Shown: positions 37,923 to 47,419 of the stretch, piece by piece
How positions within the stretch are numbered: position 1 is the first letter of the stretch
Layout of the letters: each line of letters opens with the position of its first letter
From: Pedobacter sp.
GTDB lineage: Bacteria > Desulfobacterota > Desulfuromonadia > Desulfuromonadales > Syntrophotaleaceae
Assembly: GCA_050253415.1 (NCBI GenBank)
Contig: JBFWJC010000001.1
Coordinates: 1,192,679 to 1,256,678 of the forward strand
Length of the DNA: 64,000 bases
Direction of reading: 5' to 3'
Notes under the pieces: model-generated
The model's database searches: none
What the model saw: the letters and a program-made list of their open reading frames with translations, nothing else
What the model was told of the DNA's origin: nothing
Position numbers and translations under genes: made by a program

Positions 37923-40190
37923 TTAAGCGTTTTTCCCCGCTGGCGAGGCTGTTGAAAACTGCCGGCGTTGGATGCCATAGCGTTCCATCAGTCGATAGAA
38001 CGTGCGTCGGGGTAAATTAGCGCGCCGCGCAGCGGCGGATACGTTTCCGCTGGCTTCCCGCAGATAACGTTCCAGCAGGTCACGCTCGATCAGTTCCATC
38101 TGGTGTCCCCGTCTGGCCCGATAATCGTTGTTGGCCTCGTTCGGCACAACTGTTTGCCCGCATGATCCCACCATTAAAGGCAGGGACAGGTGTTCCTGTC
38201 GTAATGTCTCTTCCTGGCTTGCTGCGACAGCCCGTTCTATGATCGAGGCCAACTCAGGGATGTTGCCCGGCCAGGAGTAGTGGCGCAAGGTATCCATGGC
38301 CAGAGGGTCGATGCCTGTCACCTTTTTATTGAGCCGGCGACTGGCCCGTCGTAATTGCTGCATTGCCAAATCCGGCAACGCCTCCAAGCGGTTTCTAAGC
38401 GGCGGTAATGTCAGAGTGCAAAAGCTGAGCCGGAAAAACAGGTCGCCATTAAACCAGCCATCCCGGACGCCTTGCTCAAGATCCCGATGGCTGGTAACGA
38501 TGAGGCGTACGTCGATCGGCACCGATGCTTGCAATCCTGCCGGGATGATGGTTCCCTGATCAAGAAACTTCAACAGGGCGCGTTGTGTCTCCGGCCCGGC
38601 ATCGGCAATTTCATCCAACAGCAGGGTGCTGCCATTGGCCAGCTCCAGCATCCCCTGTGACGGTTTGGGACTCTGGTGACAGCCAAACAGTTCGGCTGTC
38701 AACTGGTTATCATCAAGCCCGGTGCAATTGATGGTGGCCATCGGTTGGTTGGCGCGGCGGCTGTGGCGATGAATGGTTCGTGCCAGAGTTTCTTTGCCGG
38801 TGCCGGCTTCGCCGCGTAACAGTAACGTCTTGTCACCGGGAGCCAGCTCCAGAGCAAAATCCCGCAATCGCCGCATCAAGTCGTCTTCTCCGAGGAGGTC
38901 CTCCGCGGAGGTATGTCGTAACAATTGTACAGCGTGCTGCAGGCGTTGCTTTTCGCCCTTAAGACGTTTTATGAAATAGGGCAGGCACATATCCTCTGTG
39001 GCCAGATTGCGACAGACGGCGGTTGCGTGTTCCCGACAGGATGCGTAACCGCAGGCACTGCAATTAAGCTCATCGCGTTGGGCAAATTTGTCCGTGGAAT
39101 GCAGTACCCGGCGGATGTTCTCGCCACTGGGGTGTTCCTGGCGGCGCTGTCGGTTACTGAACGTGCGCACCAACGATACTTTCCCGCCATCTATGAGATG
39201 CCCTCTGTTCGGTCGGGATGTTTCGGTCTGTTGAGCAAATTGCCGTACCAGATAGCCGCGTGCATAGGGTGACAGGCGGCTGGCGGGATCGCAAGGTCCC
39301 AGACAGCCGCCACGGCACAGACGCAGGTCGACAACTGCAGGCTTGATACGGCCCGCAGCCAGATCCCGGAAAATCTCCAGAGCATTGCGGGCGCCTTCCA
39401 CGGAAAGAACCTCGCCGAGATCGCCAGGAAAGTCCGGTATGAAGGCAGCCAAGGTTCCGCCTGTCAGGGGAAACTGTCGGCCCATACTGAGTTCCGGTCC
39501 ATCGAAAGGCGCATCCGGCATACACCCCGTGGTGATACCGGCTTGCTCCAGCAATTCGGCTGCTTCAGCAAAGGTCAGGGCCGCATCGACCGTATCATGT
39601 ATCTGCTCATCGGTGGTTTCAAGCTTGCCTGCAAAGCAGGAACTTATGGTGACAACACGCAGCGGACCGCTGTGGGCACTGCGTATCGCTCGAGCTGTTG
39701 CCACCAGGGGGGAAACCAGGGGTGCCAGGTTGCGTAACAATTGGGGGAAATGACGTTCAATAAGGGCTACAACTGCCGGGCAATGACCAAGAATAATCGG
39801 TGCTTGCGAGGTTGCCGGAGTGTCAGCAGATAATCGGTCAGCCAGCAACTCCACCCCCCAGGCTCCTTCAACAACAAGCTGAAAGCCCAGCTTTCGAAGT
39901 CCTGCGACCAACTGTCCCGGGCGCGTATCGCCGATATAGGCCGGGAAGGAAGGTGCAAGGATAGCCGCCATCGGTTCTTTGTGTTTCAGCAGGCGTCGGC
40001 AACGTTCCTGGGCGCTCGGTGCGCTTCGGGCCTGTTGGGAGCAGATTTGCAGGCAGCGGCCGCAACCTATGCAGCGACCATGGCTCAGGTCGGTGCCTTC
40101 CGCTGTGACGCTAATGGCCTTAACGGGGCAGTGGCGAACGCAGGCATAACAGCTGCGGCAGCGTTGCGCATCGGTTTGGATAGGACCCAT
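37923..40190 (-). CDS. [FeFe]-hydrogenase-like Fe-S sensor fused to a sigma54-type AAA+ domain and Fis HTH
   Basis: Two CxxCxxCxxxC motifs; LAPSF, HCPAVV, SCFAGKLE, LCRGGCLG; CSACGYASC. AAA+ motifs GEAGTGKE, LLLDEI, WPGNIPEL; HTH NVSAAARR. Confidence 0.85.
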   Translation of the reverse strand: MGPIQTDAQRCRSCYACVRHCPVKAISVTAEGTDLSHGRCIGCGRCLQICSQQARSAPSAQERCRRLLKHKEPMAAILAPSFPAYIGDTRPGQLVAGLRKLGFQLVVEGAWGVELLADRLSADTPATSQAPIILGHCPAVVALIERHFPQLLRNLAPLVSPLVATARAIRSAHSGPLRVVTISSCFAGKLETTDEQIHDTVDAALTFAEAAELLEQAGITTGCMPDAPFDGPELSMGRQFPLTGGTLAAFIPDFPGDLGEVLSVEGARNALEIFRDLAAGRIKPAVVDLRLCRGGCLGPCDPASRLSPYARGYLVRQFAQQTETSRPNRGHLIDGGKVSLVRTFSNRQRRQEHPSGENIRRVLHSTDKFAQRDELNCSACGYASCREHATAVCRNLATEDMCLPYFIKRLKGEKQRLQHAVQLLRHTSAEDLLGEDDLMRRLRDFALELAPGDKTLLLRGEAGTGKETLARTIHRHSRRANQPMATINCTGLDDNQLTAELFGCHQSPKPSQGMLELANGSTLLLDEIADAGPETQRALLKFLDQGTIIPAGLQASVPIDVRLIVTSHRDLEQGVRDGWFNGDLFFRLSFCTLTLPPLRNRLEALPDLAMQQLRRASRRLNKKVTGIDPLAMDTLRHYSWPGNIPELASIIERAVAASQEETLRQEHLSLPLMVGSCGQTVVPNEANNDYRARRGHQMELIERDLLERYLREASGNVSAAARRANLPRRTFYRLMERYGIQRRQFSTASPAGKNA

Positions 40191-40328
40191 GGACGATTCC
40201 GGTCGATTCGGCGTGAATTGTGTTCAGGGGAGAGGAGCGCTAAGAATTGTCGAAGTGTGCCACTTCTGCCACAGGTAAGTCAAACGATATTTGCAAAAGC
40301 GGCAACGGGGGAGGCAGAAGAGAATATT

Positions 40329-40500
40329 GGTGATTAGTTATTAGTGATTAGTTGTTGGGTTTTGGTGTGAAGCATGATTGTCACCAGTCACCAGTCACCA
40401 GTCACCAGTCACCAGTCACCAGTCACCAGTCACCAGTCACCAGTCACCAGTCACCAGTCACCAGTCACCAGTCACCAGTCACCAGTGTCACTAGTCACTA
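40329..40500. repeat. Heptamer repeat element A
   Basis: Degenerate GGTGATT/AGTTATT/AGTGATT block, then 15 x GTCACCA (40380-40484), then 2 x GTCACTA. Confidence 0.95.
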
Positions 40501-40501
40501 C

Positions 40502-41494
40502 CTAACGAGGGATGCGATAGCGGCCAACCTCGTCGCTGAAATGACACGCGGCCAAATGACCATTGCCCTGGTCGGTTAGTTCCGGGGACTGCTGGCGGCA
40601 CAACTCTCGGGCATAGGGGCAGCGGGGGTGAAAATGACAGCCGCTGGGAGGATTGAGAGGGGATGGTATTTCGCCGATCAGAGGACGTTTTTGCTTGCGG
40701 GCGTGAGGGTTGGGAATAGGGACCGCATTCAGTAGCGCTTCACTGTAGGGGTGTCGGGGAGTCTTGTAAAGCTGGTCGGCGGGGGTCAGTTCCACAATGC
40801 GCCCGAGGTACATGACAGCGACCCGGTCGCTGATATGTTCAATGATAGACAGGTCGTGGGCAATAAACAGATAGGTAAGTTCGAATTGCTGTTGGATATC
40901 CTGCATAAGGTTGACTACCTGCGCCTGAATGGAAAGATCCAGAGCCGAGACTGGTTCGTCGGCAATAATCAAGCGGGGTTTCACCGCCAAAGCCCGAGCA
41001 ATACCGATGCGCTGGCGTTGTCCTCCGGAGAATTCGTGGGGATAACGGTCCATATGGGCTGCCCCCAAGCCGACGGTTTCCAGCAGACGCACAACCTCCT
41101 GCCGCAATTCCCGACCTTTGGCCAAACCATGAATCTTGAGGGGTTCGCCGACAATGTCGGCCACCTGCATGCGGGGATTGAGGGACGAGTAGGGGTCCTG
41201 GAAGATCATTTGCAGATCCCGGCGGCGCGCGCGCATCTGCCTCGGAGACAAGGCCAGCAGATCCTCCCCCTCGAACAGTACCTCGCCACCATCCGGTTCC
41301 AGCAGCCGCAGGATCGCTTTGCCGGTGGTCGATTTGCCGCAGCCCGATTCGCCGACCAGGCCCAGGGTTTCTCCGGCCCGCAGGCTGAAAGAGACCCCGT
41401 CGACAGCCTTGAGGGCAAGATGCTTGCCGGCCAACGCGCCGGTAGTCACCTGAAAGGTTTTACGCAGGTTTCGCACGTCAAGCAGGTTGGTCAT
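40502..41494 (-). CDS. Oligopeptide/dipeptide ABC transporter ATPase (OppF/DppF-like)
   Basis: [45 protein letters not shown]. Overlaps the oppD-like stop. Confidence 0.92.
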   Translation of the reverse strand: MTNLLDVRNLRKTFQVTTGALAGKHLALKAVDGVSFSLRAGETLGLVGESGCGKSTTGKAILRLLEPDGGEVLFEGEDLLALSPRQMRARRRDLQMIFQDPYSSLNPRMQVADIVGEPLKIHGLAKGRELRQEVVRLLETVGLGAAHMDRYPHEFSGGQRQRIGIARALAVKPRLIIADEPVSALDLSIQAQVVNLMQDIQQQFELTYLFIAHDLSIIEHISDRVAVMYLGRIVELTPADQLYKTPRHPYSEALLNAVPIPNPHARKQKRPLIGEIPSPLNPPSGCHFHPRCPYARELCRQQSPELTDQGNGHLAACHFSDEVGRYRIPR

Positions 41495-42447
41495 GCATCC
41501 CTCCAGCAGCGAACATAATGATCCGGAGTCACTTCCAGCATTGGCGGAAGTTTGCCCATTTCGGGGGCGAAGGGGGCCGGACAGTTGTCCAGAAATGTGC
41601 CCGTAGCGGGTTGGCCCGGTATCGACGCACCATGATTCATGGCCAGACGGTGCTGCTTTTGGCCTATTTTGGGAAGGCAAGCCAGAAGATTGCGGGTGTA
41701 GGGGTGGCGCGGATCGTCAAAGATAGCTGTGACGGGTGCGTATTCCATGATCAGGCCATCGTGCATGATGGCGACCTTGTCGGCTGTTTCGGCCACCACG
41801 CCCAGGTCATGGGTAATCAGCAGGGTTGCCATCTGATGCTGGCATTTAAGATCGTCGAGCAACTGAAGGATCTGGGCCTGAATGGTGACATCCAGGGCGG
41901 TAGTCGGTTCATCTGCAATAAGCAGTTGCGGGCGACAGGCGAGGGCCATGGCGATGATCACCCGTTGCCGCATGCCGCCGGACAGTTGGTGCGGGTATTC
42001 CCGGCAACGCTGTTGCGGTGAGGGGATGCCAACCTGGTCCAACAAGTCGGCTGCTTGTCGCAAGGCTTCTTGACGCTTGAGACCCTGGTGTACCCGTAAA
42101 ACTTCAGCAATCTGCTCCCCGACGCTGAACACCGGATTGAGAGCGGTCATCGGTTCCTGGAAGATCATGGCGATCTTGTTGCCGCGTACCCGACGCATTT
42201 CCGTTTCGGGCAGCAAGCGCAGGTCTTCTCCCCGGAACAGAATCTCACCCTCGACCACCCTCCCGGGGGGCGGCACAAGACGCAGTAAGGACAAGGCCGT
42301 GATCGATTTTCCGCAGCCGGATTCGCCAACCAGCGCCAGCGTTTCCCCTGCGTTCAGAGTGAAGTCGATACCACGCACAGCTTTGGTAAGGCCGGCTTTG
42401 GTGAAAAAATAGGTGCGCAGATTGTGGACTTCGAGCAAGTGGGGCAT
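41491..42447 (-). CDS. Oligopeptide/dipeptide ABC transporter ATPase (OppD/DppD-like)
   Basis: [40 protein letters not shown]. Confidence 0.92.
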   Translation of the reverse strand: MPHLLEVHNLRTYFFTKAGLTKAVRGIDFTLNAGETLALVGESGCGKSITALSLLRLVPPPGRVVEGEILFRGEDLRLLPETEMRRVRGNKIAMIFQEPMTALNPVFSVGEQIAEVLRVHQGLKRQEALRQAADLLDQVGIPSPQQRCREYPHQLSGGMRQRVIIAMALACRPQLLIADEPTTALDVTIQAQILQLLDDLKCQHQMATLLITHDLGVVAETADKVAIMHDGLIMEYAPVTAIFDDPRHPYTRNLLACLPKIGQKQHRLAMNHGASIPGQPATGTFLDNCPAPFAPEMGKLPPMLEVTPDHYVRCWRDA

Positions 42448-42530
42448 GGACGCTCCTTTGCGGCTGGTTGCAGTCAGCCAATGTATCCGGAAAGCAAAGC
42501 ATCGTCAAGTAGGGGAGTGATCTCCAGGGG

Positions 42531-42735
42531 CAGCTATAAGCTATAAGCTGTAAGCTGTAAGCTGTAAGCTGGTGACAAGTGACAAGTGACAAGTGACAAG
42601 TGACAAGTGACAAGTGACAAGTGACAAGTGACAAGTGACAAGTGACAAGTGACAAGTGACAAGTGACAAGTGACAAGTGACAAGTGACAAGTGACAAGTG
42701 ACCAACTAATTACTAATCACTAATAACCAATCACC
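42531..42735. repeat. Heptamer repeat element B
   Basis: 2 x AGCTATA, 3 x AGCTGTA, 18 x GTGACAA (42572-42697), then GTGACCA-ACTAATT-ACTAATC-ACTAATA-ACCAATC-ACC. Confidence 0.95.
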
Positions 42736-42811
42736 GCCTAACATTCTTCCCCTGCTTATGCGGGCATGTTAGAATCCGCATCTTGAAACACAATTTACCG
42801 GAGGTTTTTTG

Positions 42812-45088
42812 ATGTCCCTGAACGCACAGCAGGATAGCCGTGTCCTCGGTTACCTGATCGAAGAAACCGGGCTGCAGACAAGCCAGGTTGTCAATACCAT
42901 TGAATTATTGCGCGAGGGCGCTACGGTGCCCTTTATCGCCCGCTATCGTAAGGAACGTACCGGCGAACTGGATGAGGTGCAGATTCGCACCCTGGAAGAG
43001 CGCCTTGCTTATTTCACCGAACTTGAAGAGCGTAAAGCGACGGTCCTGGCTTCCATCGACGAACAGGGTAAACTGACGCCGGAGCTTGCCGCCCGTATCG
43101 GCACGACCCGCCAGAAGAATGAGCTGGAAGACCTGTATCTGCCGTACAAGCCAAAACGTCGCACCCGCGCTATGATCGCCCGTGAGCGGGGGTTGGAGCC
43201 GCTAGCCGGCCTGGTGGCCGCCCAACAGCTTACCAGCGGTACCCCCGAGCAGGCTGCCGCACCGTTTGTCGATCCGCAAGGCGAGGTTCCCGATGCCGCC
43301 GCGGCTTTGCAGGGCGCGGCCGATATTCTGGCCGAGAGACTCAGCGAAGATGCCGATATGCGTGCGGTGGTTCGGCGACTCACCTGGGAGCAGGGACTAT
43401 TTTGCTCCAAAGTGGCTCCCGACTTTGTGGACAAGGTCAGCAAGTTCGAGATGTATTACGATTATCAGGAACTTTTGCGCGAGATCCCATCCCACCGCAT
43501 GCTGGCCATGCGTCGGGGGGAAAAGGAAGAAGTTCTGCGGTTGTCGATCGTCGCTCCGGAGGAGGAATTGCTGCAGCGCCTCAAAAATCGCCTGCTGCAG
43601 GGGGAAAGCATTTTTCAGGCGTTGATTGAAAATATTGCAACGGATGCTTATCGTCGTCTGATCGCGCCCTCCATCGAAGTGGAATTGCGGCTTGAAGCTA
43701 AAAAGCTTGCCGATGAAGCGGCTATCGGCGTGTTTGCCGACAACCTGCGCAACCTGCTTTTGTTGCCGCCGGCCGGCAGCCGCAGGGTTCTGGGGGTCGA
43801 CCCCGGTCTGCGTACCGGCTCCAAGCTGGCTGCCGTGGATGGTACCGGGCGTTATCTGGAAGATACAACTATCTATCCCCATACCGGGAAAAGCCAGGTG
43901 GAGCCCGCCCGTCAGCAGCTTCTTCGCCTGATTCAGACTCATGCCATCGAAATGGTTGCCATCGGTAACGGCACCGCCGGTCGTGAAATGGATCTTTTTG
44001 TACGCGAGACCTTGAGCCAGGCCGGAATTAATCTGCCGGTGGTGATGGTTAACGAGGCCGGCGCCAGTGTCTACTCCGCATCGGATATCGCCAGGGAGGA
44101 GTTCCCCGATCTGGACCTGACGGTGCGCGGCGCCATCTCCATCGCCCGCCGCTTGCAGGATCCCCTCGCGGAGCTGGTTAAAATCGACCCCAAGAGCATC
44201 GGTGTCGGTCAATATCAACACGACGTCAATCAACCCGCTCTCAAAAAAGCCCTCGACGATACCGTGGAAAGCTGCGTTAACTTTGTCGGTGTCGATCTCA
44301 ACACCGCCTCGTGGGCCCTGCTGTCGTACGTTTCAGGGATCGGCGCGTCCCTGGCCAAGGCCATGGTGCGCCACCGGGAAAGCCAGGGTGCTTTCGCATC
44401 GCGCAAGGATTTGTTGCAAACTCCGCGCTTCGGTGCCAAGACCTATGAACAGGCCGCCGGATTTCTGCGCATTCGCGGTGGTTCCAACCCTCTCGACAAT
44501 ACCGCCGTGCATCCCGAGAATTATCCGACGGTGGAAAGCATGGCCGCCGATCTCGACCTGTCCGTAACTGAACTGGCGGCTGCTCCCGACAAAGTTGCCG
44601 GGCTGCGCCTGGAACGCTATGTGACCGAAACGGTGGGCCTGCCGACCTTGCGGGATATCGTCGAGGAATTGAAAAAGCCCGGGCGCGATCCGCGCCGTCA
44701 GTTCGAGACCGTTTCTTTTCGCGATGATATCCGTGAAATCAGTGACTTGAAGGAAGGCATGATCCTGCCCGGGACAGTCACCAATGTTGCCGCCTTTGGC
44801 GCATTTGTCGATATCGGTGTGCATCAGGACGGCCTGGTTCATGTCAGTCATCTGGCGCATAAGTTCGTCAAAGATCCCGGCGAAGTCGTTCGGGTCGGGG
44901 ATGTCGTTAAAGTCAAGGTTCTCACCGTTGATACGGCCCGCAAACGCATCGGCTTGTCCATTAAGGAAGCGCAGCCTGAGCCAACAGCCCAGCGACCGAC
45001 CCAAAGGCCCGAACGGAAACCTAAAAAGGAACCTCTAAAGGATGCCGCTGCCTGGGAAAATGCAGGATTTCGTGTCCGCCGCAAGTGA
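42812..45088 (+). CDS. tex: Tex family RNA-binding transcriptional accessory protein
   Basis: GATVPFIARYRKE, LEDLYLPYKPKRRT, DPGLRTG, EAGASVYSAS, IGVGQYQHDV and an S1 domain (FGAFVDIGVHQDGLVHVS). Confidence 0.95.
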   Translation: MSLNAQQDSRVLGYLIEETGLQTSQVVNTIELLREGATVPFIARYRKERTGELDEVQIRTLEERLAYFTELEERKATVLASIDEQGKLTPELAARIGTTRQKNELEDLYLPYKPKRRTRAMIARERGLEPLAGLVAAQQLTSGTPEQAAAPFVDPQGEVPDAAAALQGAADILAERLSEDADMRAVVRRLTWEQGLFCSKVAPDFVDKVSKFEMYYDYQELLREIPSHRMLAMRRGEKEEVLRLSIVAPEEELLQRLKNRLLQGESIFQALIENIATDAYRRLIAPSIEVELRLEAKKLADEAAIGVFADNLRNLLLLPPAGSRRVLGVDPGLRTGSKLAAVDGTGRYLEDTTIYPHTGKSQVEPARQQLLRLIQTHAIEMVAIGNGTAGREMDLFVRETLSQAGINLPVVMVNEAGASVYSASDIAREEFPDLDLTVRGAISIARRLQDPLAELVKIDPKSIGVGQYQHDVNQPALKKALDDTVESCVNFVGVDLNTASWALLSYVSGIGASLAKAMVRHRESQGAFASRKDLLQTPRFGAKTYEQAAGFLRIRGGSNPLDNTAVHPENYPTVESMAADLDLSVTELAAAPDKVAGLRLERYVTETVGLPTLRDIVEELKKPGRDPRRQFETVSFRDDIREISDLKEGMILPGTVTNVAAFGAFVDIGVHQDGLVHVSHLAHKFVKDPGEVVRVGDVVKVKVLTVDTARKRIGLSIKEAQPEPTAQRPTQRPERKPKKEPLKDAAAWENAGFRVRRK

Positions 45089-45177
45089 GCACTTTGCCAG
45101 CACAAACCGCAAAAGACCCATATCACGCAAAGCCGCGAAGGCGCGAAGAAAATGGTTGAAGACGAAAAACACTCATT

Positions 45178-45363
45178 GAACGCAGATAAAGGCGGATGCA
45201 CGCGGATTAAGTCAAAATCAGAATCAAGTTGATGTGTTTATGCATGACCATGTTTACACTTTCCTTTGCTGCCAATTATCGGATTTTGTAAACAACGCGT
45301 TAATTTCTTACTTCTTAGGTAAATAAAGGTTTTATCCGCGTTTATCCGAAGTTATCTGCGTTC
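45178..45363. repeat. Inverted-repeat element: 33-bp arms (three 10-mers each) around a 120-bp AT-rich spacer
   Basis: Left arm GAA-CGCAGATAAA-GGCGGATGCA-CGCGGATTAA. Right arm (reverse complement) GAA-CGCAGATAAC-TTCGGATAAA-CGCGGATAAA. Confidence 0.8.
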
Positions 45364-45549
45364 GAAAAAAGGTTTTGAGGTGGGGTGTGTTGCAAAGAGA
45401 TAAAGCCGCAGAAGATTTTCTTCACGGTTTTTTGTGCCAAAAGTAGATGTTTGGCTTTACATGTGATGAAGTCTTTGGCGATTACAGTTGCAAGTAGCCA
45501 AGAATGAAAGCGTCACAGGCCAGTTTGATATGCCATAGGGAGATAACGG

Positions 45550-46425
45550 GTGGAAAAACTTGTCGATTTGCATTTGCACAGTCATTGTTCCGACGGACTC
45601 TATGCTCCGGCCGAAGTTATTCGCCGCGCGGCGGAGGCCGGGTTGGCGGCAGCAGCATTGGCTGACCACGACAATGTTGATGGGGTCGATGAAGCCATGC
45701 AGTCAGGGAAGGTTCACGGTATCGAAGTCCTTTCAGCCGTAGAACTTTCGGTGATATGGGAATCTTTCCGCGATATCCATCTGCTTGGCTACGATATCGA
45801 CCACCACCACCCGGTTTTAAAGTCTTCCCTGCAGGAGTTTCGAGATTTTCGAGCCGGTCGCAACGAGCAAATTGTTGAACGCATCAATGAAAAACTCGTG
45901 ACCGAAGCGCGCGCACCCATTACCTTTGCCGAGGTTCAGGCCCATGCGGAAGGGAGTCTCGGGCGACCGCATATCGCCATGGTTCTCATCGAACGCGGCT
46001 ACGTACGCAACCATGATGAAGCCTTTGTCAGATACCTGGTGCCGTGCGACGTGCCCAAGCGTTACTTCCCCATCGACGAAGCCATCGATCTGATCCACCT
46101 GGCCGGCGGTGTGACCTCTCTGGCACATCCACCCTATATCACCGACGACCGGCGGCAATTGCGGCAAATGTTCGATACTTTTTCCGAAATGGGGCTGGAC
46201 GGTATCGAGGCCTACAATAACCGTTGCACCAACGCCGATATCGACTGGTACATATCCGAGGCCAGGCGCCGCGATCTCATCGTTACCGGCGGGTCCGATT
46301 ATCATGGCGTTGAAGGTGCCGATATCGTCATCGGCGGTGGGCGCGGTAATCTGCGCATCCCTTATCGCTGTGTTGAGGACATCCACCGGACTGTGGCTCG
46401 TCGCGCCGGTAAGGGACAACCATGA
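45550..46425 (+). CDS. PHP-domain phosphoesterase (YciV/TrpH-like)
   Basis: DLHLHSHCSDG, ADHD, IHLLGY, GRPHIA, LAHP, GGSDYHG. Confidence 0.9.
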   Translation: MEKLVDLHLHSHCSDGLYAPAEVIRRAAEAGLAAAALADHDNVDGVDEAMQSGKVHGIEVLSAVELSVIWESFRDIHLLGYDIDHHHPVLKSSLQEFRDFRAGRNEQIVERINEKLVTEARAPITFAEVQAHAEGSLGRPHIAMVLIERGYVRNHDEAFVRYLVPCDVPKRYFPIDEAIDLIHLAGGVTSLAHPPYITDDRRQLRQMFDTFSEMGLDGIEAYNNRCTNADIDWYISEARRRDLIVTGGSDYHGVEGADIVIGGGRGNLRIPYRCVEDIHRTVARRAGKGQP

Positions 46426-46973
46426 TGCACCATTTACCACCGGTGTTTATCGATTTTGAGGCTTCCAGCCTGTCGGGGTTTTCCTATCCCATCGAGGTGG
46501 CCTGGGGGACACGTACGGATGATATCCACAGTTGCCTTATCTCTCCTTCCCAGTGTCACGATTGCATCGACTGGGACGAAGATTCCGAGCTGCTGCATGG
46601 CCTCACCAGGCGCCAGCTTCTTGAGCAGGGCCTGCCCATGGGCAAGGTGTGCGATCTGTTGGGCGATGCCTTAAAAGGGCGACAGGTCTTCTCCGATGCC
46701 AACGGGTACGATAACTTCTGGCTGGAAAAATTGTTTCACGCCGCTGGCAGGACGCGGCCATCATTCACGATCCGGCATGTGGACGAATTGTTATGCGAGC
46801 GGCTCGCGCCGCAGCTGGTGCATCGCCGGGAATTGGTAGCGGCCCTTGAGGAACTGCGCCAGATAGCCCGCGATAAAGTACCGCGTCAGCACCGCGCCGG
46901 TTGGGACGTGCGCTTTCTGATCGAGCTATGGGATATGGTTTGCCGGCGTTGGCCGGCAACGGTTGATGATTGA
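46422..46973 (+). CDS. DnaQ-like (DEDDh) 3'-5' exonuclease-fold protein
   Basis: FIDFEAS (ExoI), YPIEVAW, HGLT, YDNFWL (ExoII-like), HRAGWD (ExoIII). ATGA overlap with the PHP gene. Confidence 0.7.
   Translation: MMHHLPPVFIDFEASSLSGFSYPIEVAWGTRTDDIHSCLISPSQCHDCIDWDEDSELLHGLTRRQLLEQGLPMGKVCDLLGDALKGRQVFSDANGYDNFWLEKLFHAAGRTRPSFTIRHVDELLCERLAPQLVHRRELVAALEELRQIARDKVPRQHRAGWDVRFLIELWDMVCRRWPATVDD
46843..46955 (+). repeat. 113-bp direct repeat, copy 1 (3' end of the exonuclease-fold gene)
   Basis: Identical by eye to 48276-48388. Confidence 0.95.
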
Positions 46974-46995
46974 ACATGGCATGCAGACGAACTTT

Positions 46996-47030
46996 GCGGG
47001 CCGGAAGCTGAATGGTAGTTTTCGGCCCGT
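46996..47030 (+). terminator. Hairpin after the exonuclease-fold gene
   Basis: GCGGGCCGGAAGCT-gaatggt-AGTTTTCGGCCCGT; the U-tract is poor. Confidence 0.45.
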
Positions 47031-47419
47031 GGTGTTATGGCTACTTGAAAATATGTTATTACTTACCTGCGTTTCAAAAAATTGACATTCATTTTAAGGT
47101 TAATTTTAAAAGAAATTTTTTAATATATTTATTGGGTAATATGTGATACCTAAGTAATCCAAAAATTACAGATTACAAGAACTTGTTTTTTTTGTTTAAT
47201 ATTTTGATTTATTTTTGATTAATTCAAACTTCCCCGATTTAACAATGAAGCAGGCAAGTTTATTGAGCTCCACTTTTATTTAATTGAGTGGCGTTTTTTG
47301 CTATCTTGCAACTAATCTAATATTATCAGTTGTCGATATCGATAATATCTGCAGAGACAGTATCTTTTTTATTGTTTTGAGTTGATTTTATTTGGGAAAA
47401 TATTTTGGAGGAGATAGTT

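Noticed and set aside
37923..40190. Catalytic [FeFe]-hydrogenase
   Set aside because: The H-cluster motifs are degenerate, the domain is fused to AAA+/HTH, and no maturase or partner subunits are adjacent. Treated as a sensor/regulator.
42245..42697. ORFs with SLVTCHL, SPVTSHQ or AYSLQLT repeats (also 40352-40579, 49630-50117, 60684-61057)
   Set aside because: They are translations of the heptamer arrays running into or against real genes, with no RBS or domain support.
40329..42735. Repeat arrays as a CRISPR locus
   Set aside because: The units are contiguous 7-mers with no unique spacers, and no cas genes are present.
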